DNA of 63,760 nucleotides, filler included, from Pelomyxa schiedti (taxonomy: Eukaryota > Protista > Evosea), in assembly GCA_020536535.1 (NCBI GenBank). It is 8 parts of 8 records of this genome, joined end to end, with 100 filler letters (N's around TTAATTAATTAA, not from the genome) between each part and the next. Parts side by side here need not be neighbours in the genome. Positions count along the whole stretch, not along the records: positions 1 to 31,623 come from JAHLWZ010000660.1; positions 31,724 to 46,735 come from JAHLWZ010000350.1; 6 more parts are not named here. One strand, 5' to 3'. The notes under the pieces are model-generated. The model had not been told where the DNA came from and did not search any database. It saw only the letters and a list, made by a program, of their open reading frames with translations. Of this stretch, positions 26,458 through 38,614 are shown piece by piece. The position numbers were made by a program, and so were the translations under genes. Position 1 is the stretch's first letter. Each line of letters starts with the position of its first letter.

Positions 26458-27494
26458 CTAGTTATTGCACAAGCACAGGGAGGGGAAGGCGTGACATGCA
26501 GCACAGCGAGGTTGTTGCCACTGGCAGACTTTCTTCTCCATTGAATTTCCACACTTAGAACAGCTGTCAAAGTTGGGGCAGGTGCACACACTTGCAGCAG
26601 AGCCGCACCTATCACACACCAATTCAGTGAACTGCTGCTCATGCTCCTCCTGTATTCTCTTGGTGGTCCCCTCACACATGCACAGCGAGCGGTGTGCGCC
26701 GCAAGTGGTGCACCTCTCCACCATCCAATCAGTTTTGTCTTCTTTGACAGCTGCGGCTGACTCCATCTCCCGCTTCTTGGCTGTTCCGCTGCAGAGGCAC
26801 AGTGACTTGTGTGCACCGCATATGTCGCAGCGGTCTGCTTGCCATGTGCTTTCCGGGGTGGAAGCTTCCTCTTTGGCCTTCTTGCTGGTACCGGCGCACA
26901 GGCACAGGTTGGCATGTGCTCCACATTTTTCACAGCGGCCACCAGCAGAGACTGTGGGAGTCACTGTGGGAGGGCTGCCACTGGATCTGTTTTTGATATA
27001 GGGCAATTAGGTTTAGAAAATAATAGTAGTTATAGTAATTGCAATAATGGGAGTTGAAAGCGACCTGTTAGGTTGTTCCTAAAAGAGCTTGGGTAAGTTC
27101 ATTATAAAAGAAAATTGGAGGAGCATACCTGCACCAAAGGGCCAAGTTCAGCCAACCGAGATGCATATTCGTCCTGCGATATGAACCCACTTTCCAACAG
27201 GTCATCCAATTTGCGTTTCTCGGGGTTGACATTCGAGTTGGATTCCATCGACGAAGTGGTTGTAGTATACGACGATACGTATGGTGAAGGTGCCCGATGA
27301 GCATTTTCTGTGCGAAGACACGTAAATACATGTACCTCTATGCATGGAGCTAAAAAAAAAACAAAAAAATAAAAAAAAAAAAACGGAAAAGCCCTACCCT
27401 CCAAACGACGAGCATATTCCTCAGGTGTTATGAATCCTTCTTCCAACAACACCTTCACCTTTGACAAACCGTTGCGAACCGACATGCTATCCAT
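26458..27494 (-). CDS. Protein with two SHOCT-like helices and tandem CxxCGAHxxLCxC cysteine repeats
   Basis: LLEEGFITPEEYARRL and LLESGFISQDEYASRLAEL; repeats CEKCGAHANLCLC, CDICGAHKSLCLC, CTTCGAHRSLCMC, CDRCGSAASVCTC, CSKCGNSMEKKVC, CAACHAFPSLCLC. Confidence 0.7.
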
Positions 27495-27842
27495 TTCGTA
27501 ACACTGCCGAAATCTTTTAACCGTTTCTCGAGGTTGGTTGAATTTCCCACAATTCCGCTTAGCTTGAAGTGGGTGTCACTGAAGAAGAGCCTCGAAAGGA
27601 GAGATACTCAACGAGTGAGTCCTTTGTCAGCCTTCTGCTTCATCAAGGGTTGGACGCACATGTAGCTCGAAAAGCCACCCAGTTGTTTCATCACTTAGCC
27701 AAAATGCCCCTGTGGCACATTTGACACCGAGTAAACCACAAAGCCTCAATTTTTATCTCTTATCTGCTACAGTCGGGCTACTCCCACTTCACGCGAACGA
27801 GAACCAAAGTGACGAAGTGCATTTCGTCGACAACGGAAAGAA

Positions 27843-30800
27843 ATGAGCGCCAAGGGGCTTGCCCGTCTGTTGCTGGCATATTCTGACAAGGTCAAAATGG
27901 ACGCCATCCTGTCCGTTTGGGCCGAGTCCAACAACGACTACGAATTAGCAGATGCCCTGCTGCACTCCATGTTACCGTGCACACCAACGTCACAATTGCA
28001 ACTGCAACCACAGCCGCAACCACAGCCACAGCCACAACCGCAGCAACAGACGCAGGCACATACCAACCCAAAGACGCCAGCGGCTCCCATAAGTCAAACG
28101 CCAGTGTCCAAAACGCCCTCCACTGTCTGTGCCGTAAAAGAAGTGCCGCAGGAGCATCCGACGAAAGCACAACCACAATCACAGGCGCAGGGGCAGGCGC
28201 AAAAGGCAATTGTGGGACAGCCAGACACAAAACCGACCACAAGCAGTCCCAATTCCCCGCAGCCTACTGCACTCCCACAATCGAATTCCAATCCACAAAC
28301 TTCATATTCAACAACTGCGGTACTTGGTACACCACCCAACAACAACAACACTAAACCACCAAATATAACAAGTCCTATTTCTACTTCTGCAGTGAGAAGT
28401 CCTAGCCCACCTGTTCAAGCAACTGTGATGCAACATTCACTGACCCCTTCTTCTCGACCTCCTGGCACTGCAGAATCGGAATCAAGTGCGCAGCAGAAGG
28501 CCTCTCTAAGTGCGGAACCTGTACTGCAGCAGCCACAAAAGCAAGAACCTCAGACCCCACCTCCTAGCGCCAGTGCCAGCAGCTCCTTCATGGAACAACT
28601 TCAGCTGGAATTTCAAAAGTCACTGCAGGCAACAAGCGCTCCCCCACCTCTTCCATACACTAGTCCTGTCAAAACATCCACCCGGGTAAAAAAAGCGAAA
28701 CCACGATTCGACTGGATTTCAGAAGTGTCAGTTCCCCCAGAGGAGCAATACCCCCTGACAGTGCTTTTCCAGCTCTCTGAGAATGAAGTGCTGGTTGAAA
28801 GTTTGCTTCGATGTGGGCCTGAGGCAAAATTGCTAGCTTGGGTGGGGGATTCCTTAATGTCTGGCGTCGTGTGCGACGTTTTGTTGACTGCTATTATCTC
28901 TTCCACTCCAAGTACAATGCTAGATGTTTTTATGCTGAAGCTGTGCACAAACAACCAGAATCGCAAAGGTGAAAAATCTGCTTTCAATGCCGACGGCTCT
29001 CCTGCAGATGAAGAACCAACTGCCTGGGCATCGTGGTGTTATGATAGAAATTCTATGAAACTCAAAGACCTGGGGTACCTAAGCAAGTTGAAGGAGAGAT
29101 ATATCTGCAATGCAACTCAAGCAGCATTCTTATGCCAAGCAACGGATGCGTTACGCAGACATCCTGCGATAAAAGGAATGTGTGTCCATGATAAAGGCAC
29201 CATACTAGAGGTATCTATTGGTACAATACCTTTTTTTTTTAGTTTTTTTATTCTATTTTTATTGTCTCTTAACACAAATGTAGGCATTTGTTGCTGCATG
29301 TTTCAAGGAACACCATGGTAGTTATGCACTGGTTACATCTTTTGTCAGATTTTACATGAAATGGGTGGACACCCANNNNNNNNNNNNNNNNNNNNNNNNN
29401 NNNNNNNNNNNNNNNNNNNNNNNNNNNNNNNNNNNNNNNNNNNNNNNNNNNNNNNNNNNNNNNNNNNNNNNNNNNATTTTTATTGTCTCTTAACACAAAT
29501 GTAGGCATTTGTTGCTGCATGTTTCAAGGAACACCATGGTAGTTATGCACTGGTTACATCTTTTGTCAGATTTTACATGAAATGGGTGGACACCCATCCT
29601 ACATTTGCAAGTAAGTCGGAAGATGCCATCATCCTCACATGGCCATCCCATGATGCATACTCTTGTGCTATATCCGCTGCTATGACAACACCCTCTTCCA
29701 CAGATCCCTTTAGTGGTACTTCACGTAGCGCTACAATAGACTCACAGAACAGTGCTGATGGGAATAAAAGGCCTATTCAAACTACAGTAGCAACGGGAGG
29801 AATGCCTTTATCCAGCCAATCCCCCCTAACCACCACTACGCAAAAACGGCCAGACACTACCCAACAAACCCCTATCCCCTCTGTCCCCATATCAAACGTG
29901 CCAGTTCCAACTCTGGTAGTAAAAACCGAAACTCCCTCTGTATCTACATCGCCCAACACGACATCTCCGACAGTATCAGATACTAAACCATCCACAAGTG
30001 CACCCGCAGCACCAGAAGCCTCACCAGTTCCAGCACAGAAGCCAATACCTACGCCAACAGCAACAGCAACCTCAGCACCAATACCTGCGGTGACGGAATC
30101 CGCAGCAGCAATACCGTCCTCAACATCCTCAACAACAACTGCTTCAGCAGTAGAAATTCAAACAACATCAGCCGCCTCACCGCTTGTCACCCAACCGCCA
30201 ACCGCCAACAGTGCAATAACAACAACAGCAGCAGCAACAACAACCACTCCAGTTTCCACAGCGGCCCTGCCCACACCGGCACCACTCCCAGCACTCCCAG
30301 ACCCCAAGATAGCAAGCACCCACAGCCAAGGAGCCATCATTGTCAAGCTCAACACCAAAGGAACAACCCCGCGGCACAAACCCAACGCCAACACCAACAC
30401 CAACCCAAGCCCATCCACAAACCCAAACACCAGTACAGACACAACAACCACTCCCACCACATCCACCACCACAGCAACAACAACAACAAACACCAACACC
30501 AACAACAATACAAGCAACACAGCCGGGGACATCGTATTCTCGTACATGGCATGCTGCGGGCTTCCCGCCATGAGCCAGTACTGCTGCCTGAGGGAGCTGT
30601 GGCCCGACTTCAACGCGCGGCACCAAGGGACCCTGGTGGCGCGGCAGGCGCCCAAGAGGAGCAAGAAGATGGACCACGCGCACATGCCGGTGTGGTCGTG
30701 CTGCGGCCGGCTGTCGCTGTCCCCGGGCTGCGTGTCGCCCGCCCTCGGGGACGAGGTCTACTCCGCNNNNNNNNNNNNNNNNNNNNNNNNNNNNNNNNNN

Positions 30801-31069
30801 NNNNNNNNNNNNNNNNNNNNNNNNNNNNNNNNNNNNNNNNNNNNNNNNNNNNNNNNNNNNNNNNNNAGGCGCCCAAGAGGAGCAAGAAGATGGACCACGC
30901 GCACATGCCGGTGTGGTCGTGCTGCGGCCGGCTGTCGCTGTCCCCGGGCTGCGTGTCGCCCGCCCTCGGGGACGAGGTCTACTCCGCGGTGCTCAACGAC
31001 TGGTTCTCGCAGTACGGCGACATCATCGACGACATTTGCACTCAGCACAAGAAGCTTATGATGCTGTAG
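27843..31069 (+). CDS. Multidomain protein: N-terminal CUE/UBA-like helical domain, Mini-III-type RNase III domain, T/P-rich linker, C-terminal Btk-like Zn motif
   Basis: KLLAWVGDSLM...ICNATQAAFL...VHDKGTILE|AFVAAC (intron after 29209); C-terminal H.G...WSCCGRLSLSPGC. The two internal N gaps are flanked by ~120-bp overlapping duplicates, so the gene is probably continuous. Confidence 0.65.
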
Positions 31070-31623
31070 AGTAGTAGTAGTACTAGTACTACTCTTTGGT
31101 GCAGTGAGGTGGAATTTGAGGATTTTCTGTTAAAATCCTGTTGTTCTTCCAAGCGAACATTTTTAGGAGACTGACTTTTAAGTAAAAGGCCTTTGTTCCC
31201 TACTTTGTGCGTGCTTTGCGGAAAATCACAGAAATGAAAAAAAAAATTTCCAGCAGAATACGGCTTCACGCCACGTTCGCATCATGGGCATTTTAATCGA
31301 CCTAATGGCAAAACGCCGTTTTGTGAAGTCAAACAAAAAAAACATTTCGAACAAAGCAGGTGTCTCATTAGATACTAGTGCCATCAAATGGGCTGTGGAG
31401 CAACTGTACCCATGTCGTCGCATTCAGTTCCAACTCGTTCTGTTGGTAATTAATTTTTTTTTTCCCTTTGTTTCTCTATCCGCGTGACTGTTCAACTCAT
31501 GGCTGTATGCACACTTAGTTGCAAGAGGAAGTACAAGTTCCAAGATGACTGCCGCACAAGTCAAAAGAGCAACACAGCTCCACATCGAGTGGCTCACAAA
31601 GACAAAAAAAGCCATTCAAACCG

Positions 31624-31723
31624 NNNNNNNNNNNNNNNNNNNNNNNNNNNNNNNNNNNNNNNNNNNNTTAATTAATTAANNNNNNNNNNNNNNNNNNNNN
31701 NNNNNNNNNNNNNNNNNNNNNNN
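31624..31723. other. Artificial scaffold linker (N44-TTAATTAATTAA-N44); also at 46736-46835, 51796-51895, 53117-53216, 55079-55178, 58541-58640, 60806-60905
   Basis: Identical 100-nt spacer with stop codons in all frames. Confidence 0.97.
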
Positions 31724-33599
31724 ACAACATTGAAAATGGAAAGTGAACCTTAGTACATAAGGATAATGTGAAGTTCCAAAGAATGCTAATGTGGTGAGGT
31801 GTGATGAATGTGGCTTGGGATCGAAATTGAATAACAGAACAACAGACTGTAAGGCCATAATTTTCGTTATCGGCCCAGGATGGATCTGATCCATCCTGTT
31901 TTTTTTTTTATTCAGCCAATCAAATTTGATTAGTGCCTTTTCGCGGCGTTCGGGGAAAACATCAATTAAATATGTATTAAACAGCAGTGCGATGCCTGGA
32001 AATCCGGCTGCACGACGTGTGCTTTGTTGCGACGAAGGTTCAAAGTCCAGTAGTTCTCTGCCTCTTGATCAAACTTTAATCGGTTGCAGTTTCAGCACGG
32101 CCCTCAAGGGGAATTTGCTGCCATCGTACGAACGACCGGTACCCACATTGTATAGCTAAAGGATTTACTGTGGATACAATTCTGGGATTACGTATGTCTT
32201 ATCAGTTACAAAGTGCGAGACCTTGTGCGCTTTTCAACAGAACTGAAAGAAGATGGGACTTCTCCTTGGTGTGTGATTCCTACCCTTTCTCTGTCTTACG
32301 ACTCTCAAGTCATTTTCCTGACTTCCCTTCACCACCTTGACTGAGCTGCCAGAAGAAATCACCAAATTCATTCTGGATCTTGGTGCCTTTTTGGAACTTG
32401 CAATTACAACAACACATAGCACAGCCAATAACACCCACTCAGAGCCATTCCAAGTTAAGAAATCATGAAAGGAACATCTGTACCTGAGTTAGTGAACAAC
32501 ATCATTGCGTATGACCTGATTTTGAATGTTCGGTACTCATAATTGTACTGATGTCAATCGAAAAGATTACAATCAAAGTAGTAATCTCTGCTTGAATAAA
32601 GACACGAACTAATAATAAGTCCCACGGCATTACGATCACCAGTCATATTCCTTACTTTCAGTACCTCTGGCTCTTCAATCTCATACCACACTAACCAACT
32701 CAGGCAGCCCACCCGGCAATGCTCCTCCAAAGGGGAACCCCAGCTCCATCTAGGCCGTATTTTCAAAACCCAGAACGGCCTTTGGAACACAGTGCACATG
32801 GTATGTGCCAGAACTGTGGGCACTTCATCTCATCGTTTTAGGGGCCATTTTGGGGTGAACTATTCTGGACCCGCCAACTTGAAGGTACTGCATGCTGTTC
32901 TTCACATGTGAGGACCTAACTATCCTTACTGTTTTTTAGTATCACATTGTCGTTCGGCACGGAAAACCGTAACGATATGAAGATTAAAAGTGGATGTCTT
33001 ACAAGAGTTACGCCCAAAGCAAGTGCGTTGATAAAAAAAATAGCCTTCCACTCATTGAAATAAATAAATAGGTGGTCATCACTCCAGCAGGTAAAGACAA
33101 AATCAAAATCGATGAGAATTTAAAGTGCATCAGGTGGCAGTAGGCAACACCCTCAACCATTGTATGTGAGAGTTAATTCGTCATGCAGGTCAAGGAAATC
33201 TGGTTGGCTCTCAGTTCGCAAAGAGAAGAGAGCAATGGTGAGGTGCTTCAGCCAGGCACTTGGTGGCCTCATAACAGTCTTGCCACAATACACCCAGAAA
33301 CTATCAAGAAAACGAAGAAGGACCTACTGATAGAGATTCTGATGAACAATACGGGAGGGGCAAGAAGTTCTACGGAGCGGTGAATGTTTTACAACCGTCT
33401 CAAAGGGCTATGGCTGGGAGATACCTCTTCTACAGAACCTTGTCAAGGGTGTTTCCCTTCTTGATGCTTACTTGCCTCTGGTTGTATTGATTGAACTCCA
33501 GCCAACATATCCTATATTGGGTTGTGAGATATGCACCCAGCGCAATCTAGACGCAATAGCTGCTTGGGTTGATAAACTCCTTCCGCTTCAGGATATAGA

Positions 33600-34860
33600 A
33601 ACTACACAAACAATGTCGGATGGATGCTTATCCAAGTGTAGAGATAATTGACAACTGGAGAGGTGATAAGTGACCCTGGGTGGATAGAGATTTAAAACAG
33701 TCTCCTTGACGATATCGATCCTCTCAGTGACCGTCTGGCTCTTCCCCGCAAAGAACGCACAATCACGGATGATGTTTTTCCAGCTGTTTGCACCGGTCTC
33801 AACCTCTTGATCTGCACAAGTTAAAAATCAAAATCGCAACAATCTTGCTCCATCAGTGAGACTTTCTCGTCCTATCAACTCCACAGTCAGGGGGGCCAAC
33901 CTGAATGACCCAAGTTCAACACCCACATGCTTTATTATCATGGGGCTTCACCCTCCTCACCTCATGTATCCACTCGATTTCTCTCTTTGCTTTGCAAGGC
34001 GATTCTGAATTTGATAAAAACCGCGATTGCAGTACTGGCAGAGCAATTGAAGGAGATTTCCTAGCAAGATACAATCGCCTGCTTTTTTCCCTGATTTGGT
34101 TTGGTAATGTGGATCGAGAAGAATACAACCAAGTACATACAAGCTGAATCACTGACCATTGGAAACACTGCACCAATGACTCCCCCTACCAGTTGAGTGG
34201 AGAGTTTCTATTGCTGAAGATGGACCTGCGGAACAGGATTTCTAGTGTACCTCCGAGGTACTGGAAAGACAATTCCACTCACAAATACTCTAAGTGTCAT
34301 TCCTGCTTGCCACCTGAACTTTCGCCATCCTCAACCCGAGGATAAATTGGCTATAGTAAACGGGTATGATCACTTCTGCTGGGTACTCCTGCTCCGAGCA
34401 CCCTGGCGAAGGAGGCAATCTTTGGTAGCCCAACGTACTGTAGCCAACCCCGAGACAGAAAGTTACCTGTTTTCATTTGACACAACTAGAGTCATAGGAT
34501 AGGTTGGGTTACACTGGAGGGAATACAATTCTGGCCGACTGTTCAGCCTATTGTTCAGTGTTACCAATGATGCCAGAGAGATTCACCCCAGATAGTCACC
34601 TTGAATGATCTTGCGTGATGTTGTGAAAGTATCTGTCTTATGAGGAAGAGCTCGAAGTGCCCGCCTGGTTAGCCAGTGGTGGAAACAGAGTTCAGACGTA
34701 ATTACTGGACAGGCTCACAAGAATTCAGCACTGAATGACTTCAGCAAAGGTTGTGGGCCTTTTAGTAAAATCGGAATGGATAGATAATGTCAAGCGTATT
34801 ATTATGCTGGTACTGCCAGACCGGTGGCACTTCAACCTTTCAAGGATGAAATTTGGCCAA
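33600..34860 (-). mobile_element. Degenerate non-LTR retrotransposon (RT + CCHC + RLE-type endonuclease remnants)
   Basis: Correct motif order on the minus strand: DFTK(A) ~34765, IIQGDYLG ~34595, YL*V (=YLGV) ~34280, RLYLARK ~34065, CVLCGEE ~33750, PSDIVC ~33615; many stops and frameshifts. Confidence 0.6.
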
Positions 34861-35476
34861 GTTGAGAATCTGCTGCTTCTGCCGCCGCCGCCGCCGCCGC
34901 TAGCGAGCTATGATCTTGTGGAAAGTACTCAGTCAACACTTATGGTAAACGCCTCCATGGAAGGAAGCATTTCAACTGCCAGGACTAGGTTGATCAAGGT
35001 TTGCTGCGATTATCTATCAGCCTTTGTTGTTGCACTCAAAGTCACTTAGGAAGTCTGGAGTAATGCAGTTACCATATTTATGAACTTCGTCACCTGAAGG
35101 GAATTCAATTAACACTTGTATTTTCCTGCTATTGCCGTATGTTTACTGGCTTGACTTTACGCGTGCGGTGAAGGAAGGTTATGGCAATATTTTTTCTAAG
35201 GGAAACAATTGGCTGAACAAAGGTTATTTGATTTTGATTGAATTGTATTGGAGTGGAGTGGAGTGGAGTGGAGTGGGAGAAGAGCGCGGTTATGTGTGCT
35301 TCTTCCCTGAAGGAGCTTGTTGCTGTGGGGTGTTGGAGAAGCGTGGTCTCTTTTCCGCAGGTGACTGGGGGGTATCGGTAGCTCTCTTTTCATATTTTGG
35401 CTCTAGTGGAATCAGGGGTAAAGGGATGGTAGTCCCGAGCGCTGTACCTCTGGTGGCTAGTGCGGATTTATTTGGA

Positions 35477-37030
35477 TCATGTAAGCAGAGAGATACAATT
35501 GAGAGAGAGAATAAAGGAAGCCATACTTGCAGGAAGCTCTCTCAGTCGAAGGGAGGCAATGTCCAGTACTTGAAGTGCTGCTCCCTTTGTTTCCGGCCCA
35601 TTTGCAACCAACTTCATTGAGTAAAACGGCTTGGGTATCTTCATTGGCTTCGGTATCTTATTTTCTTGCTTCCTCTTCTTTCCTGCCTTACTATCTCCAA
35701 CCTTGGCTGCTGCCTGCGGCTCGGGGAGAATCTCAGCTACTGCTTGCTGCACAAAGGTTGGGCTCTCCATAACTGGGGTCTTCAATGCGATACCGAATAA
35801 TGCCACTGGTTCCACGACATCCCACTTTGCTGCGTGCTTTGAGAGGATAGCACCTGTATATAAGTCGACCGTGGGGATGGCCAGGAAATTGTTAGAGCAC
35901 TGGATTATTTGGTTGTTCAAGGGAGTGGCCTTTATGCTGGCCCCCCAACTGCACGCCTCTCTCAAATGAAACCCGGCAGAATAGTTGTCTCTCATCCTGA
36001 CAGCGGTTTTACCGTCGGCAGTGATGGCGCCCAGTGTCTTGTTGATGAACTTGTATTCTGATGTGGATATCACAGGGGGATTAAGAAGAGCGGCAACGGC
36101 AGGTGGGGTAGGTCTGTTTACACGTCGCTTATTTAGTATCCTTCCATCTACCTTTTCTGTGCCCGAATATGGCAACATATTAAATGGTTCCGCGGCACAC
36201 GGTCGTAATTCTGCCTGATGGGTAACAAGGTGTATGGGTATCACGAAGTCAACGCCCGTCGCCTGACACCTCAGAAGCAGTACTGTTCCAACAAGGTTTC
36301 CCTTCGTGACAGCCAGATTAGGTGTGACACCAAGATGCACAAGGGAAGTGCGCAGTGCTGGGTTAAGGGATGGACGGCCAGCAGATACGGTCCAGACATC
36401 GAGCGTTTTCCTGGGGCCGTTGATTAGAACTACGAGTTGCTCATTGGCCCAAATTGAATCGCCAGCTTCAGTATTGATGAAATTCCTCTCCAGAGTACCG
36501 TCATGCGTTCTCAACACAATACTCCACTCAGGGCGCTCTTGTACCACCGGCATTCTCAACTTCTTCGCCATGTAGAACTCGTCAGATAGTACAGCAATAA
36601 CCTTTTCCCCTGGAGGCGCTATTCGCAGCTGCACGCTGTTTAGTCCCGACGTGATGGGGTTGATTCTGAGGTCGATGTTGAGGGGTCTCGCGTCATCAAA
36701 CCCCTGCGGGGTCATTGTGAAGATGTCGGGGATACCGCGTTGCTGCACTATTTCTTTAAGCACCTCTATCAATATTGTGCGAATGTCAATTCTAGACCAC
36801 ACATCCTTGAGAAGCACCACCTGCCCAGTGCCGTGTGGAAATGGGGTAGGTCGCGCCGAAGGCTGCGCGGCAACGAGGAAGGCGTTTATCTGGTCCCGAA
36901 CGGTGAGTCTGGAGGATAGTGCCCAGAGCCACTTGCCGTCGACGCACGTCGATATGTACCTGTTTGGCGGGCTGGATCTGCTGGGGGTGCTGGAGGAAGT
37001 TGCTAGTTTGTCAGCGCTCATGTGCAACAT
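35477..37030 (-). CDS. Intronless 517-aa protein, probable divergent member of the expanded F-box-like family
   Basis: Single ORF; N-terminal LTVRDQINAFLVAA motif resembles the family A(R/K)SQF(L/I)A motif; beta-rich body. Confidence 0.6.
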   Translation of the reverse strand: MLHMSADKLATSSSTPSRSSPPNRYISTCVDGKWLWALSSRLTVRDQINAFLVAAQPSARPTPFPHGTGQVVLLKDVWSRIDIRTILIEVLKEIVQQRGIPDIFTMTPQGFDDARPLNIDLRINPITSGLNSVQLRIAPPGEKVIAVLSDEFYMAKKLRMPVVQERPEWSIVLRTHDGTLERNFINTEAGDSIWANEQLVVLINGPRKTLDVWTVSAGRPSLNPALRTSLVHLGVTPNLAVTKGNLVGTVLLLRCQATGVDFVIPIHLVTHQAELRPCAAEPFNMLPYSGTEKVDGRILNKRRVNRPTPPAVAALLNPPVISTSEYKFINKTLGAITADGKTAVRMRDNYSAGFHLREACSWGASIKATPLNNQIIQCSNNFLAIPTVDLYTGAILSKHAAKWDVVEPVALFGIALKTPVMESPTFVQQAVAEILPEPQAAAKVGDSKAGKKRKQENKIPKPMKIPKPFYSMKLVANGPETKGAALQVLDIASLRLRELPASMASFILSLNCISLLT

Positions 37031-37387
37031 GTCGGCCGGCTAGTCGTGATTACGTGGGTTCGGGTGGATGTCCAAGTACCGTATGTAGATCGGTGGAGTG
37101 TGACTTGGCTGTATAAGGTGTCTTCGAAGGATCCCGGTACCGGTGTTGTTGTCTTGACGAAGTCGCCCTTGTCTTTTTTTTTTTCCCTTTATGGTTTTTT
37201 TTTGGTTTTGAGATCCTCGAAGGGATCTTTTTGTCGTCATGCCAATACATACGACTGTGGCATTTGGCAGCAATCCCCTGCTAACAGAAATGTTGCATCT
37301 GGCGGGCTTTGGTACGTCAAAAATAAAAAAAATAAAAAAGAAAGGCACAAACAACCCCGTCCGATCACAAGAAAAAAAACTGTATGA

Positions 37388-38284
37388 ATGGCCACGACTA
37401 CGACGACCACTACAACAACAACAAAGATACAACAACGCCGCGATGGAATATTCGAGGTCAGCGACAGCGACGAGGGCGTAGAGAGGTACGTCTTCATCGA
37501 CGCCCAGATTTTTTTTTTTTCCTTTTTCTTTCTTTTTGCTTCTTGGTTCTTGAGCTCTCAATTGATACGCGGTTGTTGTTGTGCAGGTTGGTCACGTGGT
37601 TCCAAGCGCTGCCAGCGGGTTGGGTAGGGAGAATCCCAGTGGTTGTGCCTGAGGATGGGCTGCGTTTCAAGTTGGCCAGGATTCTGAGTGATTCCTTAGG
37701 CGAAGATGTTGGAGTATCTGTGGACGTGCGTTAATTCATTGTTTTCGTTTTCATCACATCATTTGCTGCTGTTGCTGTTGCTGTTGCTTTTGCTTTTGCT
37801 TTTGCTTTTGCTGGTGCCAATCAACAACACCTGCTTACTGCGCGTGTTAGGGAGGACCGCCGCACAAAGTTGGAAGTTCCCACGTTCGCAAACACGTTGA
37901 ATTGGAAAGCTGCACCGAGCTCATACGGGGAGTCGTCACACTGCTGGTTGTCGTGTCACACAAAGATTATGTCTTCCGCACGGAGAGATTTTCCTGCGTC
38001 GACGTCGAGTGGATAAGGTATCAAAGGCCAACAGCTCCTACTCCTACTCGGCCCGCTCAGCTGCAGGCGCAGGCGCAGGCGCAGGCACAAGAAGACGAGG
38101 TACGTTGTACTCTCTTTTTAGTCAATCAAATCCCCTCAGGTGCCCCCTCCAAAGTGGCTTGCCAGGATAAAAGCGGCCTTGTTGGCACAGGGTGTGCTGC
38201 CCGAGACAGAAGCTCTTGAAGCGACAGGTGTCGAGCAGTACAAGGCAATTCAAGGTTCCCTTGGCCCCCCCCCCCCCCTTTTTT
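37388..38284 (+). CDS. Hypothetical spliced protein, truncated at gap
   Basis: ATG 37388 followed by exon-like ORFs separated by GT-AG introns with poly-T tracts. Confidence 0.45.
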
Positions 38285-38614
38285 NNNNNNNNNNNNNNNN
38301 NNNNNNNNNNNNNNNNNNNNNNNNNNNNNNNNNNNNNNNNNNNNNNNNNNNNNNNNNNNNNNNNNNNNNNNNNNNNNNNNNNNNACTATCCTCCAGACTC
38401 ACCGTTCGGGACCAGATAAACGCCCGTCGCCTGACACCTCAGAAGCAGTACTGTTCCAACAAGGTTTCCCTTCGTGACAGCCAGATTAGGTGTGACACCA
38501 AGATGCACAAGGGAAGTGCAGCGCATTTGGGGTAAGGATCCCACGAGTTTTATGTTGTTTTTTTTTTGCTTACTTATACTTCCTTTTGATTTCCATAGAG
38601 GAGCTTTCCAAGGT

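Noticed and set aside
29254-29597. ~120-bp direct repeats flanking N gaps (also 30646-30987)
   Set aside because: Identical overlaps at contig ends from scaffolding, not biological repeats.
31624-31723. Recurrent TTAATTAATTAA motif
   Set aside because: Artificial concatenation linker embedded in Ns; gene neighbourhoods across linkers are meaningless.
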